Source of the DNA: Leptolyngbyaceae cyanobacterium
GTDB lineage: Bacteria > Cyanobacteriota > Cyanobacteriia > Phormidesmidales > Phormidesmidaceae
Direction: 5' to 3'
NCBI GenBank assembly: GCA_965263355.1
Contig: CBDHHL010000056.1
Span: 1,536,001-1,600,000, forward strand
DNA: 64,000 nt
Below are positions 20,254 to 30,599 of the stretch, one piece after another (position 1 is the stretch's first letter; every line of letters starts with the position of its first letter). The notes beneath the pieces are model-generated. The model did no database searches. It saw only the letters and a program-made list of their open reading frames with translations, and was not told the origin of the DNA. Position numbers and translations under genes: made by a program.

Positions 20254-22205
20254 GTAAGCCCATAACCATAGGGAAACAGCGGAGCACCGCCCTCATTACC
20301 ATCTTGGACTGGAGTAGCCGTAGCTGGCCAGGAGAATGAGAGTTTACCCTTAAAATCAAAATTAATCGCACCATCAGGTTTTCGAATCAGCACATCTGCG
20401 ATGCCACCACCTTCACTGCCTGGTAACCAGGCCGCCACAAATGCATCTGCCGCATTAATTTCAGGGGTTACCCACAGAGGACGACCGGATAGGAAAATTG
20501 CCACAGTTGGGATCCCAGCCGATTGAAACAACTGCAGTAATTGCAGCCCCTGTTCTGATGGAAAATCTAGATTTTCTATATCTCCCTCACCTTCAGCATA
20601 GGGATCTTCACCAAACACCACAACTGCCACATCAGGTTTCTGAGTGTAGCTACCGTCAGGACTTAAGATAGCGTTTCCCCCACCCCATTCAATTGCAGTA
20701 CGAATTCCAGCCCAAATAGAGACTCCATTTGGGAAATGGTCATTGGTATTGTCTGTACCTTGCCAAGATAGAGTCCAGCCACCACTTTGTTTACCAATAT
20801 CATGGGCACCGTCACCAGTCACCAGGACAGTTTGTTCTGTCTGCAGTGGCAAAAGATTATTTTGGTTTTTAAGTAACACCAAAGATTCTCGGACAGCCTG
20901 TCGAGCCACCATCCGGTGTTGAGGATGTCCCAATAACGAATAGTCTCCGGCCAAGGGGCGATCTGAAGGCCGAGGTTTGTCGAATAGTCCTAAGCGAAAC
21001 TTAACCCGCAAAATGCGACGCACGGCATCTTCGAGGCGACTACGGGAAATCTCTCCAGACTCCACTTGAGCCACCATATTTGTATGCAATTCACGCCAGC
21101 TAGACGATGTCATAAACATATCAATGCCGGCATTAAATGCTGTTGGGCAACTCGTTAAGGTACACCCCGGCAACTGAGCATGCCCGTCCCAGTCACCGAG
21201 GACAAAGCCATTAAAGCCCATACGATTTTTCAATACATCGGTTAGCAATGTCCGGTTACCATGCATTTTCTGTCCGTGCCAGGAGGAAAATGAACTCATC
21301 ACTGTCTGCACACCTGCTGCAATAGCCGACGTATAGCCTGCACCGTGGTCATTTCGAAGCTCAACTTCACTGGAGATATTATTGCCTTGGTCTTGTCCGC
21401 CTTCGGTGCCACCATCCCCAATGAAGTGTTTGGCAGTGGCGAGGATATTTCGGTGACTGAGAAAACTATCAGACCCTAGCTCTCCTTGGAGGCCCTCTAC
21501 AATCGCTTTGGCATAATCAGCCACAATCTCCGGATTTTCGGAATAACTTTCATAGGTGCGCCCCCAGCGACCATCACGGGCCACGGCCAATGTGGGCGCA
21601 AAAGTCCAATCCATGCCGCTGACAATAACTTCTCGGGCAGTCGCAGCCCCAATTTGGCGCACTAGCTCAGGATTACGAGTTGCACCTAGACCAATATTGT
21701 GGGGAAAAATCGTCGCGCCAACAATGTTACCGTGCCCATGCACTGCATCTGTCCCCCATAAGATGGGAATTTTTACACTGCCATCGCTTGCATCCATGGA
21801 TGCATCATAAAACTCATCGGCTAGCGCTAGCCATACTTCAGCCGGAGCACGATCGTCTTTTCCAGGTGCGCTATCCCCACCATTGAGGACTGCACCAAGG
21901 TGGTAGCGACGAATATCCTCCGGAGTCAGAGGTGGCGGTGCTCCTTCAAACGGCAGTCCAATGTCTGCCAGGATAGTTTGGCCTACCATTTCCTCAATGG
22001 TCATGGTTGCCATCAAAGCAGCAATTTGGGTTTCAATACCAGTATCTAAGGGAGCACCTCCGTTCGTAGTGGGCCAGTTTTCTGGAGTGATTGTTGAGAG
22101 TATTTCTTCTTCTTGAGCAGTAGTAGCCTGATAGCTTGTCATTGCAGAGAACCCGCCCAATATTGTTAGGCATAGCAACGGGCCAAAAACTATATTTACT
22201 TTCAT
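20223..22205 (-). CDS. Secreted glycoside hydrolase family 3 (beta-glucosidase/exo-glucanase)
   Basis: Signal-peptide-like N-terminus, GTDAVHG, RWGRTYESYSE, AKHFIGDGG, nucleophile motif GDW, AAWLPGSEG. Confidence 0.92.
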   Translation of the reverse strand: MKVNIVFGPLLCLTILGGFSAMTSYQATTAQEEEILSTITPENWPTTNGGAPLDTGIETQIAALMATMTIEEMVGQTILADIGLPFEGAPPPLTPEDIRRYHLGAVLNGGDSAPGKDDRAPAEVWLALADEFYDASMDASDGSVKIPILWGTDAVHGHGNIVGATIFPHNIGLGATRNPELVRQIGAATAREVIVSGMDWTFAPTLAVARDGRWGRTYESYSENPEIVADYAKAIVEGLQGELGSDSFLSHRNILATAKHFIGDGGTEGGQDQGNNISSEVELRNDHGAGYTSAIAAGVQTVMSSFSSWHGQKMHGNRTLLTDVLKNRMGFNGFVLGDWDGHAQLPGCTLTSCPTAFNAGIDMFMTSSSWRELHTNMVAQVESGEISRSRLEDAVRRILRVKFRLGLFDKPRPSDRPLAGDYSLLGHPQHRMVARQAVRESLVLLKNQNNLLPLQTEQTVLVTGDGAHDIGKQSGGWTLSWQGTDNTNDHFPNGVSIWAGIRTAIEWGGGNAILSPDGSYTQKPDVAVVVFGEDPYAEGEGDIENLDFPSEQGLQLLQLFQSAGIPTVAIFLSGRPLWVTPEINAADAFVAAWLPGSEGGGIADVLIRKPDGAINFDFKGKLSFSWPATATPVQDGNEGGAPLFPYGYGLTYSHQSSQIN

Positions 22206-22407
22206 AAATGTTCTGATGTCCTACTCTACACAATCACTCAAAAATACGAGTATCAACTTCAGCCGGGAAATCCAAACCGGGTCAAAATTCGGAGTTCGTA
22301 AGTCAGAAGAGAGCCTGCATTCTGAACTCAACATTCCAAATTCTGAATTCTAGTTCTTTTGTGAAAATCGCCCCGCTTTGTGCCGATATCCAGAGATACT
22401 TCTAATC

Positions 22408-22488
22408 GATTTAAACCTTGTCCACGTCCAGAACTGGAGTTTTTCCGTAGAAGAAGCTACAGGTTTCAACTTGGACATGGTTTAAATC
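22408..22488. mobile_element. 81-bp MITE-like element with 17-bp terminal inverted repeats
   Basis: GATTTAAACCTTGTCCA (22408-22424) matches the reverse complement of TGGACATGGTTTAAATC (22472-22488) at 16/17 positions. Confidence 0.5.
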
Positions 22489-22708
22489 AAGCATTTATTA
22501 ATCGTCCAATCCACTTATTCAGACGCCCTTATAACCTTTTATTGTTCCAAGATAATGAACGATCTGAATAGGCCTCTATAGTCAGACAGCAGCAGCTCGT
22601 AATTCGAAAACTCAATTTCCCTTGATTGCAATTGGTTACCCATTACTAAGGCTGAGCTTAAGGATTTACGTAACTTAGCTTTAGTAATGGTCATATAGAG
22701 ATTGACCT

Positions 22709-25700
22709 TTGACTAAGCTACCCATGGTACAGATTTGGGGGGCACTCCTCATTTTTCTAATTTGTCCACTGTTAGGAGGCCTACCGCTGACAGGATGGTG
22801 GGTACAACTAACCACGGGAAAACGACTATCGCAGATCGGCACGGGTAATGTGGGTGTTTCAGCAGCGTTTTACCACGGGGGCACCGTAGTAGGTTTGGGA
22901 GCAGTTGCTCTGGAAGCCTTTAAGGGCATTGGTGCCGTGCTGTTGGCCCGTTACTTTTTCCCAGTGGATCCCATTTGGCCGGTGGTGGCCCTGATGGCTC
23001 TGGTAATGGGGCGCTACTGGCTCAGTCGGGGAGCAGGAGTGACTAATGTGAGCTGGGGGTTTCTGGTCTATGACCCCCTGGTGGCCTTACTGGGCTGGCT
23101 GCTGAGTTTGATTGCATTTACAGTACTGCGAGAGCGAAAACAGGGACGTATGTTTGCCTTAGTCTTATTGCCAGTTTTAACGGGTATGGTCCATAACGAC
23201 GGCATGCGTCTGGTGGCGGTGGCCTGTTTGATGGGGTTAATCGGCTGGATCTATCAGAAACTACCGGATGATTTGGAGCTACCAACCCAGGGCACGCGGA
23301 CTAAATCCCAGCGGTTATTTCGCTTTTTTCGAGGCGAGTCAGCCCTGCAGGCCCTAGACCAGGTACTAGACCCTGCTGTCGTCGGCAACAAAGCAGCTAC
23401 CTTGTCTCAAATCAAGGCCTGGGGCTATCCGGTCCCCATGGGCTACATTTTACAGGCTGGGGACGATCCGGCTGCTTTATTTGAGCTGTGTCAACCGTCG
23501 CCGCAACAACCATTAGTGGTCAGGTCTTCTGCCGTCGGAGAAGATGGACTGGGAGCATCTGCAGCTGGCCAGTATGTGTCGGTTACGGACGTGGTAAGTC
23601 AGGCTGGGTTGGAGGGAGCGATCGCAACTTGTTTCCAAGCCTACAATCGCCCCAGCGCAGTGCAATACCGTCAGGACCTGGGGCTAGCTAACGCCACCAT
23701 GAATGTTCTGGTACAGCAACAAATTCAGGGAGTCATCTCTGGTGTTGCCTTTAGCCGTGATCCCATCGCCCGCTGTGGCCATGATGTAGTGATTGAGGCC
23801 CTTCCCGGTCCAGCCAGTCAGGTTGTTTCCGGGCAAATAACACCTCAGCGGTACCATGTCACCATTCCCCCCGAGGATATGCAATCGGGAGACGATTGGC
23901 AGTTGTCTGATGCCGTTGATTTGCCTATTGAACCAAATGAGGAATCCTCCGCGAGGGTAGAGACGTTCCATGGCACATCTCTACCCTCAGCGAATCAATT
24001 AATCCCATCGCGCCTAATCCAACAAATTGCCTACCTGACCCGACAGCTTGAACAACGATTTGGCGATATTCCCCAGGATGTCGAATGGACCTACGATGGC
24101 AAACAAATTTGGGTATTACAAAGTCGGCCCATCACCACACTCATTCCACTTTGGACCCGAAAAATTGCCGCTGAAGTAATTCCCGGCGTTATTCATCCCC
24201 TCACCTGGTCCATTAACCAACCCCTCACCTGTGGTGTCTGGGGAGATCTCTTTACCCTGGTACTGGGCAACCGGACAACCGGGCTAGATTTCTCGCAAAC
24301 AGCGATGCTGCATCGTTCCCATGCCTATTTCAATGCCACCCTACTGGGGGAGATTTTTCTCCGCATGGGGCTACCTGCCGAAAGTTTAGAGTTTCTCACC
24401 CGAGGGGCAAAATTTAGCCGCCCTCCCCTGGCCGCCACATTGCGTAACTTGCCAGGTCTAATAAAGCTGGCAAGACAAGAATGGACCTTACCTCAGCAGT
24501 TTAACCAAGATTATAAAAAACACTTTCAACCTGGCTTAGAGTCACTGCAATCCCCCCATTCACTATCTCCTGAAGCCATTAAGCAACAGATAGAAACCAT
24601 CTTATCTCTGCTAAAAAAAGCCACGTTTTACAATATTCTTGGTCCCCTTAGCTTTGCCCTTCGCAAAGCGATTCTCAAGGTCGACAGTACCCAGCTCAAT
24701 TATCAATCTAATCCGGAAATTGCTGCAGTCGAAGCCCTTAAAACACTGGCACAACACCATAGTGATTTAGGCCAACAGCTGGAAACTATCCCTGACGACA
24801 ACGACGCATTTTTAGCTGCATTGGCTCAGCTGCCCAATAGTGCTCCGCTATTTGAACAACTTGATACATTTCTCTCGACCTATGGCTACCTGAGTGAAGT
24901 GGCCACTGATATTTCAGTCCCCACATGGCGTGAGCAACCAGCCCCTGTTAAAGCTCTCCTAGCTACTTACTTAAAGCAGCCATCTGCTTTAAGGCAGCCA
25001 TCTGCTCCCTCCCAAACCTCTAATCAAACAGATACTCAGTCAGGCTGGAAACCAGGTCAAGTGCAAGCGCGATTAGATCTAAAAGGCAACATTGCAGTGG
25101 TCTATAACCGTCTGTTGGCTGAGTTGAGAACCTGTTTTTTAGCCCTAGAGCAACATTATGTTGCAAATCAAAGTCTACAGCAAACGGGTGACATCTTTTT
25201 TCTCACCTGGCCTGAGATTAAGTCATGGAGCATGTCCTCAGATCTCACTATCTACAACGACGATACAACTAATCCTCCCTCTCAAATTGCTACCCGTCGC
25301 CAACAGCATCAGACCGACCACGATTGGACAGCGCCCTATTTAGCCTACGGCAAAGACCCCATCACCTTGTCTACCCCCCCTAGGACACCTCCACAAACTG
25401 GACGGCTGCTCACAGGTATTGGCGCAAGTCCGGGCACCCTAGAAGGCAATGTTCAGGTGCTGACCACCTTGGACACCACAGTGCCCATTAACCAAAACAC
25501 GATTTTGGTGGTGCCTTACACCGATGCGGGCTGGGCACCGTTGTTGGCCAACTTAGGGGGATTAATTGCCGAAGTCGGAGGACAGCTTTCCCATGGAGCC
25601 ATTGTGGCTCGGGAATACGGCATTCCAGCAGTAATGGATGTGGCCGATGTCACCCAGCGACTGCGTACGGGGCAACGCGTACGCATTGATGGTCAGCAGG

Positions 25701-25720
25701 GCACCGTTGAAATCCTGTAA
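22709..25720 (+). CDS. PlsY-like acyltransferase domain fused to PEP/pyruvate-binding (ATP-grasp) and PEP-utilising His domains
   Basis: N-terminal TM region with GTGNVGVSAAF and EAFKG; VGNKAATL, VVRSSAVGED...SAAGQY and QDVEWT...LQSRPIT; C-terminal GGQLSHGAIVAREYGIPAV. Confidence 0.88.
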   Translation: MTKLPMVQIWGALLIFLICPLLGGLPLTGWWVQLTTGKRLSQIGTGNVGVSAAFYHGGTVVGLGAVALEAFKGIGAVLLARYFFPVDPIWPVVALMALVMGRYWLSRGAGVTNVSWGFLVYDPLVALLGWLLSLIAFTVLRERKQGRMFALVLLPVLTGMVHNDGMRLVAVACLMGLIGWIYQKLPDDLELPTQGTRTKSQRLFRFFRGESALQALDQVLDPAVVGNKAATLSQIKAWGYPVPMGYILQAGDDPAALFELCQPSPQQPLVVRSSAVGEDGLGASAAGQYVSVTDVVSQAGLEGAIATCFQAYNRPSAVQYRQDLGLANATMNVLVQQQIQGVISGVAFSRDPIARCGHDVVIEALPGPASQVVSGQITPQRYHVTIPPEDMQSGDDWQLSDAVDLPIEPNEESSARVETFHGTSLPSANQLIPSRLIQQIAYLTRQLEQRFGDIPQDVEWTYDGKQIWVLQSRPITTLIPLWTRKIAAEVIPGVIHPLTWSINQPLTCGVWGDLFTLVLGNRTTGLDFSQTAMLHRSHAYFNATLLGEIFLRMGLPAESLEFLTRGAKFSRPPLAATLRNLPGLIKLARQEWTLPQQFNQDYKKHFQPGLESLQSPHSLSPEAIKQQIETILSLLKKATFYNILGPLSFALRKAILKVDSTQLNYQSNPEIAAVEALKTLAQHHSDLGQQLETIPDDNDAFLAALAQLPNSAPLFEQLDTFLSTYGYLSEVATDISVPTWREQPAPVKALLATYLKQPSALRQPSAPSQTSNQTDTQSGWKPGQVQARLDLKGNIAVVYNRLLAELRTCFLALEQHYVANQSLQQTGDIFFLTWPEIKSWSMSSDLTIYNDDTTNPPSQIATRRQQHQTDHDWTAPYLAYGKDPITLSTPPRTPPQTGRLLTGIGASPGTLEGNVQVLTTLDTTVPINQNTILVVPYTDAGWAPLLANLGGLIAEVGGQLSHGAIVAREYGIPAVMDVADVTQRLRTGQRVRIDGQQGTVEIL
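23953..23988. repeat. GTAG-type REP-like palindrome lying in frame inside the CDS
   Basis: GAGGGTAGAGA-CGTTCCATGGCACA-TCTCTACCCTC: perfect 11-bp arms, 36 bp in total. Confidence 0.75.
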
Positions 25721-25785
25721 AATCAAATTCTGCAATATTTTTTAATGTTGCAATCCTGTAGAGAATCGTCTGTCAGTGTTCCAAG

Positions 25786-26640
25786 ATGACTACAACAACC
25801 CAAGTGCCTCAGCTAGAGAATACATTTTGCGGTGCCCATGGGCTATCGCTGTTTTATCAGGCGTGGTATCCCCCTGGGACGGCTAAAGCTGTATTAGCCC
25901 TGGTCCATGGGTTTGGTGAACATTGCGATCGCTATTCTACCGTCATCACGGCTCTCACCCAGGCAGGCTATGTCATCTTTGGGTTTGACAACCAGGGCCA
26001 TGGTCGTTCCGAAGGGCAGCGGGGGCACATTAACCGCTGGCAAGATTATCGCGATAATGTCAGCGCTTTTTTTACCCAGGTACGACACCATGAGCCCAAG
26101 CTTCCCTTATTTGTTCTGGGACACAGCCTGGGCGGTCTAATTGTTTTAGACTTTGCGCTCAACTCACCTGAAGGATTAACAGGGATTGTCATCAGCGGTC
26201 CGCCCATTCGTCCTGTGGGCATCGCTAAGCCGTATTTAGTGGCCATCGCCCGCGTTTTATCAGGGATCTGGCCTCGGTTTTCTATGGAAGTAGGTGCTGG
26301 GGCGGCAGCTTTATCTCGCGATCCTGTTGTGCGTCAACAAATTGAAAATGATCCACTAAAGCATTCGATGGCAACAGTCCGGTGGGGAACAGAATGTTTG
26401 GTTGCGATCGCCACCGTCCGCCGCCAGATCGAGCAGCTGCAAGTACCTATCTTGCTAGTTCACGGCAGTGCTGACAAAGTGAATGATGTGAAAGGCAGCG
26501 AAGAGATCTTTGAGCGCATCACTACGGATAAAACTCTTAAAATCTACCCTGGCAGTTACCACGAACCCCATAATGATTTGGACCGTAATCAGGTCATGCA
26601 CGATGTTGTGAAATGGTTAAACAATCATTTAGCCATGTAG
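25786..26640 (+). CDS. Alpha/beta hydrolase, monoglyceride lipase/lysophospholipase family
   Basis: VHGFGEH, GHGRSEG, nucleophile GHSLGG, HGSADKV, YHEPHND. Confidence 0.9.
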   Translation: MTTTTQVPQLENTFCGAHGLSLFYQAWYPPGTAKAVLALVHGFGEHCDRYSTVITALTQAGYVIFGFDNQGHGRSEGQRGHINRWQDYRDNVSAFFTQVRHHEPKLPLFVLGHSLGGLIVLDFALNSPEGLTGIVISGPPIRPVGIAKPYLVAIARVLSGIWPRFSMEVGAGAAALSRDPVVRQQIENDPLKHSMATVRWGTECLVAIATVRRQIEQLQVPILLVHGSADKVNDVKGSEEIFERITTDKTLKIYPGSYHEPHNDLDRNQVMHDVVKWLNNHLAM

Positions 26641-26765
26641 TTAATAGCGGTCATGTCGGGGTTCATGGATTCAACCTGGTTTCCAACATGCACATGCAAA
26701 ACCCAATAAACCCATTATTTTTGAGATCTTGACCGTTGATCGGTGACTTGTGTTAAATATCGGCC

Positions 26766-27080
26766 TTATCCAGGTTTATTTACACGGATTAACTGATCAT
26801 CAAGGCTATCAAACTTGCCAACAGCCTCATGGATACGATTAGCCTGACGCTGCCAGTTATCATCTCTGGAACAAACAACAATACCTGCATGTTGCCCAGT
26901 AGAACGATGGAGCTTGATAAAATCCTTACGATTCATAGTTAACACAGTTCGGTTCTCTGATGCAGCAAAAGCCAACATCTGATCATCTGACAACCCACGA
27001 TTGTCAGCTTTCTGAACTGTCAAGACATCATAATCAAGATTACGAAGGAACTCAACGATCCGGCGAGGAAATTGCTCGTT
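26766..27080 (-). pseudogene. DUF5615 PIN-like toxin, 5'-truncated
   Basis: The frame reads NEQFPRRIVEFLRNLDYDVLTVQ...DDQMLAFA...VLTMNRKDFIKLH...HAGIVV; it is directly preceded by an in-frame TGA and lacks the first residues. Confidence 0.7.
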
Positions 27081-27128
27081 TCAACGTTAAGCCCAGGCCT
27101 TCGTTAAATTAGCAATACAGGTAAATCT

Positions 27129-27378
27129 TCAAATTGTTTCTGGGTCCACCCCTAATGCCCTGAGTTTCTCAGCTAATCGTTGCGATCTCGCCTGTTCTTC
27201 CAACAACACCTGTTCAGCTGTCGCCATCTGTTCCTCTGTCGTTAAAATCCATTACGTCTGGCAAACCAGGTTCCTCAGGATTTTCACTTGGCAAATCATA
27301 CATCGTAGGCAACGTTTCCCACGGTGGTCGGGGTGGATCAGTTTGCTCAGTTGGGTATTTGAGAATGTGTCTGGACAT
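27129..27378 (-). pseudogene. Uma2 (DUF820) endonuclease remnant with the core deleted
   Basis: N-terminus MSRHILKYPTEQTDPPRPPWETLPTMYDLPSENPEEPGLPD is joined out of frame to the C-terminus WILTTEEQ...RLAEKLRALGVDPETI*. Confidence 0.75.
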
Positions 27379-27646
27379 CAGCGTTATTGAGCAACAGTCA
27401 CAGTTTTGTAAAATAGAAAACCGATAGTAGTTAAATTCTATCTAACTAAGCACATAATGCAGGCGTCAGGTCTAGCCTGTAAACAGACCTTCTAAATTAA
27501 TGCTGTAGATGCAGATTTGCGATCGCACCATAGCAAAATCAACTGTAGCCATCAGCCAGCCCATCTTGTCTCTTGAGTGGACAGCCCTCAATTCATGTTG
27601 AGTACGATAGGATACTCAAACAAATCTTCAGGGAGAACTACTATTT

Positions 27647-28717
27647 ATGGCCGATAGCTTTTTACTAAGTCGAGTCCTACTGCAGTTTGGCGAGAACTCA
27701 GAGGACGTCATCGCTGATCTATCTGCGGCAACGATGACCCCCGATGGCAGCCTTTGGCTTGGGTCAGATGAATGTAATGCCGTTGAACGACTACAGCCAT
27801 TAGAAAACTACGTCTATGGCAATCATCAAGCGTTTCCCATAGGAGACTTTGTCGAGTTATTTGACGAAGACTCAGAAATCGACATTGAAGCCCTAGCCTA
27901 TTCAGAAGGGTACCTCTGGGTGATCGGCTCCCATAGCAGCAAACGTAAAAATGCTAAAGGCAAGAATATCCAAAAAGATATCCAACGGTTGGCAACCATC
28001 AAGCATGATACCAATCGATACCTGCTGGCCCGTATTCCGGTGATCAATGGAAAACTAGTCAAATCCTGTAAGCTATCTGACGGCACTCAGCTGACGGCAG
28101 CCACCCTGCAGAAAACCACAGAAAACAATATTTTGATTCAAGCATTAAAAGAAGATGAGCACATTGGTCCTTTTTTAAGCATAGATTTGCCCTCCAAAGA
28201 TAATGGTTTAGATATTGAGGGCATGGCTGTGGCTGGTCACAAAATCTTTTTAGGGCTGAGGGGGCCAGTATTAAGGGGCTGGGCAGTTCTTTTAGAAATC
28301 GAATTAGAAAAAAATGAAACAGATGTGCTCTCTCTTAAAACCTTAGAAGATGGAAAACTCTATCGGAAGCACTTTTTGAACCTGGATGGGTTAGGGATAA
28401 GAGATTTATATCTACATAACGAGGACTTACTGATCTTAGCAGGTCCCACCATGACCCTTTCGGGAGAACAACAGATCTTTCGATTAAAGGATGTGCTGGA
28501 GCACAATGATGACCGTATTTGGTATGGGGAAGCAGACGATCTCGACGCCTTATTTGATATTCCCCTCACCATGGGTTGTGATTTTGCTGAAGGAATGACA
28601 CTCTTCCCCTGTTTAGGATGTAAAGATAGCCTCTTGGTGGTATATGACTGCCCTGCTGAAAACCGTCTGGTGGGAGAGGATGCTGTTCTTGCTGATGTTT
28701 TTCGGTTACCGACTTAG
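27647..28717 (+). CDS. DUF3616-family protein
   Basis: LWLGSDE, EIDIEAL, GSHSSKR, KDNGLDIEG, LGLRGPVLRGWA, GLGIRDL, AEG motifs. Confidence 0.8.
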   Translation: MADSFLLSRVLLQFGENSEDVIADLSAATMTPDGSLWLGSDECNAVERLQPLENYVYGNHQAFPIGDFVELFDEDSEIDIEALAYSEGYLWVIGSHSSKRKNAKGKNIQKDIQRLATIKHDTNRYLLARIPVINGKLVKSCKLSDGTQLTAATLQKTTENNILIQALKEDEHIGPFLSIDLPSKDNGLDIEGMAVAGHKIFLGLRGPVLRGWAVLLEIELEKNETDVLSLKTLEDGKLYRKHFLNLDGLGIRDLYLHNEDLLILAGPTMTLSGEQQIFRLKDVLEHNDDRIWYGEADDLDALFDIPLTMGCDFAEGMTLFPCLGCKDSLLVVYDCPAENRLVGEDAVLADVFRLPT

Positions 28718-28737
28718 GTTAATACCGTACAACGTTG

Positions 28738-28767
28738 GGGAGGTTGTTATGGTACACCCAACCTCCC
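28738..28767. terminator. Hairpin between convergent genes
   Basis: GGGAGGTTG (28738-28746) pairs with CAACCTCCC (28759-28767). Confidence 0.5.
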
Positions 28768-28835
28768 TGAATCAACCCATATAAAAAAGATTCCTAAAAA
28801 TCCCTAAAGTTTGCACATCTATTAGGAGACAGAAA

Positions 28836-30599
28836 TTAGGAGACAGAAACCGCCGGAACTGGCTCAGACATCATGTCTTGGCTCAAGCTAACCTTACTAG
28901 CCCCGCTAAAGATATCGGCAACACGCATGGCATCCGCAACAGCTGTGAGGGTTGGATTAGCATACCCAACACTGTTAGGGAACACAGAAGTGCCAATCAG
29001 GGTAAGGTTTTCTACACCATAAACACGGTTTTCTGCATTCACCACACCATCGGTTGGATCCATACTCTGACGGGTCCCCCCCATATGGTGAAAGCCACTG
29101 CCTGCCCGAGGAATTTCCCCTTGACCCAGCTCACGCATCGTCACAAATGAACCGATACCAGCTTGCTTGAACTGATCAGCGACAAAATCTGCAGCATGGT
29201 TGATGGACTCAGTCTCTTTGCAACTCCAGGACCACTGCAAAACGGGTAACTGACGACCTAAGCGATCGCACTTTTTTCCCAGACGAATCCGATTATCCGG
29301 TGACGGACGCTGCTCGAACATAGCCTCAACTGACACAGACCCAAAGCTGTGATAGCGTGTCTCCGGGTCGCTCCAGCCTCCCTTACCGGTATTATGCACC
29401 GGATTACTCCAGGCTTCATACACCAGATTGGCAGCCCGAAAAGGCCTAACTGCCAGCTGCGGCAAGAACGAGATAAAGCCCTTATGATCTCGCCGTTTTA
29501 ACCGATCCCACGCCTGAGCAACCGCCACACCAGTCTTGGTGCAGTCACCCACCGGGCGTCCCACTAAGTCAATCGAGAATCTGAGCAGCCCAAGTTCCCG
29601 TGCAACCACAGGATTAATTTCGTGGCCGCGCATCACAGGCGTTCCCTGCACTGATTGAAAGTCATACCAGGCAGTCGCCTTAAGCAACGCATCAGGATCT
29701 GGATTAGTTAAATAGCCAAGGCGCGTATGGGGATGATCCACAAACCAACGACCAAACACATCATAGGGATCAGAGATCGCACCATCCTGTTTAGCCAGCA
29801 GCAATTGGCGAGCATTTTCAATCCCACCCAATGCTAAAACATAGTGTTTAGCCTCAATACGAACTTCTGCACCATCTGGACGGCACATGATTAGGCCCAT
29901 CACTTTTTCTTGACGACTCGTTTCGAGCCGCACCAGGTGTAGATCTGAGCAAACAGTAATAGCTGGATGAGCGCTTACGTCAGCGACCCGTTGCTGACGA
30001 ATCGCATTGGCACGAGCAAAGTGAAAAAGCTTAGTGGGTAATGTCGCTTCAGACAGAGGAACGGGCTCAAATAAATCTTGATAAGCATTGATTTCAAAGC
30101 TATGCTCAGCCAGATCAAAGAAGTCAAGCGCATCTCTGTAGCGATCGTAAACCGCAATGCCTGGAGCAGCCCATGCAGGAATATCAAACTCAGGGCGAGC
30201 CTCAAAATCAGCCAGTGCCCCGGCCACAATACGGACTCGACCTTCGGCGGCTGGTCGCCATTCCACCCCCCAGCGACAGGAATTACCACCGGACCCAAGG
30301 TAGCGCGAATAGGTCATATAGTCCCGTCTGGAATACAGCGTACCCTCTGCAACTAACGTGGCATCCGTGCGGTCCTCAGCACTAGCCGCACTGGCTACCG
30401 TGCCACAAAAGAACTCGTGCCCCTGATCTCGCGACGCAAAATTACCACTATCTATCAATGTCACGGGTTGTCCGGCATTTGCTAACCGTAAGGCAAACGC
30501 CAAACCAACAGGGCCGCTACCCACAACACAGACTGAATCTGTATCAACGGTTCCGGCAGCTCTTGCAAAAGAATTTGCATCGAGTTCTTTTTTATTCAT
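28836..30599 (-). CDS. FAD-dependent GMC-family oxidoreductase
   Basis: VVGSGPVG, LGGIENARQLL, WFVDHP, EQRPSPDNRI, FHHMGGTR, ANPTLT. Confidence 0.87.
   Translation of the reverse strand: MNKKELDANSFARAAGTVDTDSVCVVGSGPVGLAFALRLANAGQPVTLIDSGNFASRDQGHEFFCGTVASAASAEDRTDATLVAEGTLYSRRDYMTYSRYLGSGGNSCRWGVEWRPAAEGRVRIVAGALADFEARPEFDIPAWAAPGIAVYDRYRDALDFFDLAEHSFEINAYQDLFEPVPLSEATLPTKLFHFARANAIRQQRVADVSAHPAITVCSDLHLVRLETSRQEKVMGLIMCRPDGAEVRIEAKHYVLALGGIENARQLLLAKQDGAISDPYDVFGRWFVDHPHTRLGYLTNPDPDALLKATAWYDFQSVQGTPVMRGHEINPVVARELGLLRFSIDLVGRPVGDCTKTGVAVAQAWDRLKRRDHKGFISFLPQLAVRPFRAANLVYEAWSNPVHNTGKGGWSDPETRYHSFGSVSVEAMFEQRPSPDNRIRLGKKCDRLGRQLPVLQWSWSCKETESINHAADFVADQFKQAGIGSFVTMRELGQGEIPRAGSGFHHMGGTRQSMDPTDGVVNAENRVYGVENLTLIGTSVFPNSVGYANPTLTAVADAMRVADIFSGASKVSLSQDMMSEPVPAVSVS

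Noticed and set aside
22709..25720. Canonical ppsA or ppdK
   Set aside because: There is no C-terminal pyruvate-binding barrel; the His domain is terminal and a membrane domain is fused at the N-terminus.
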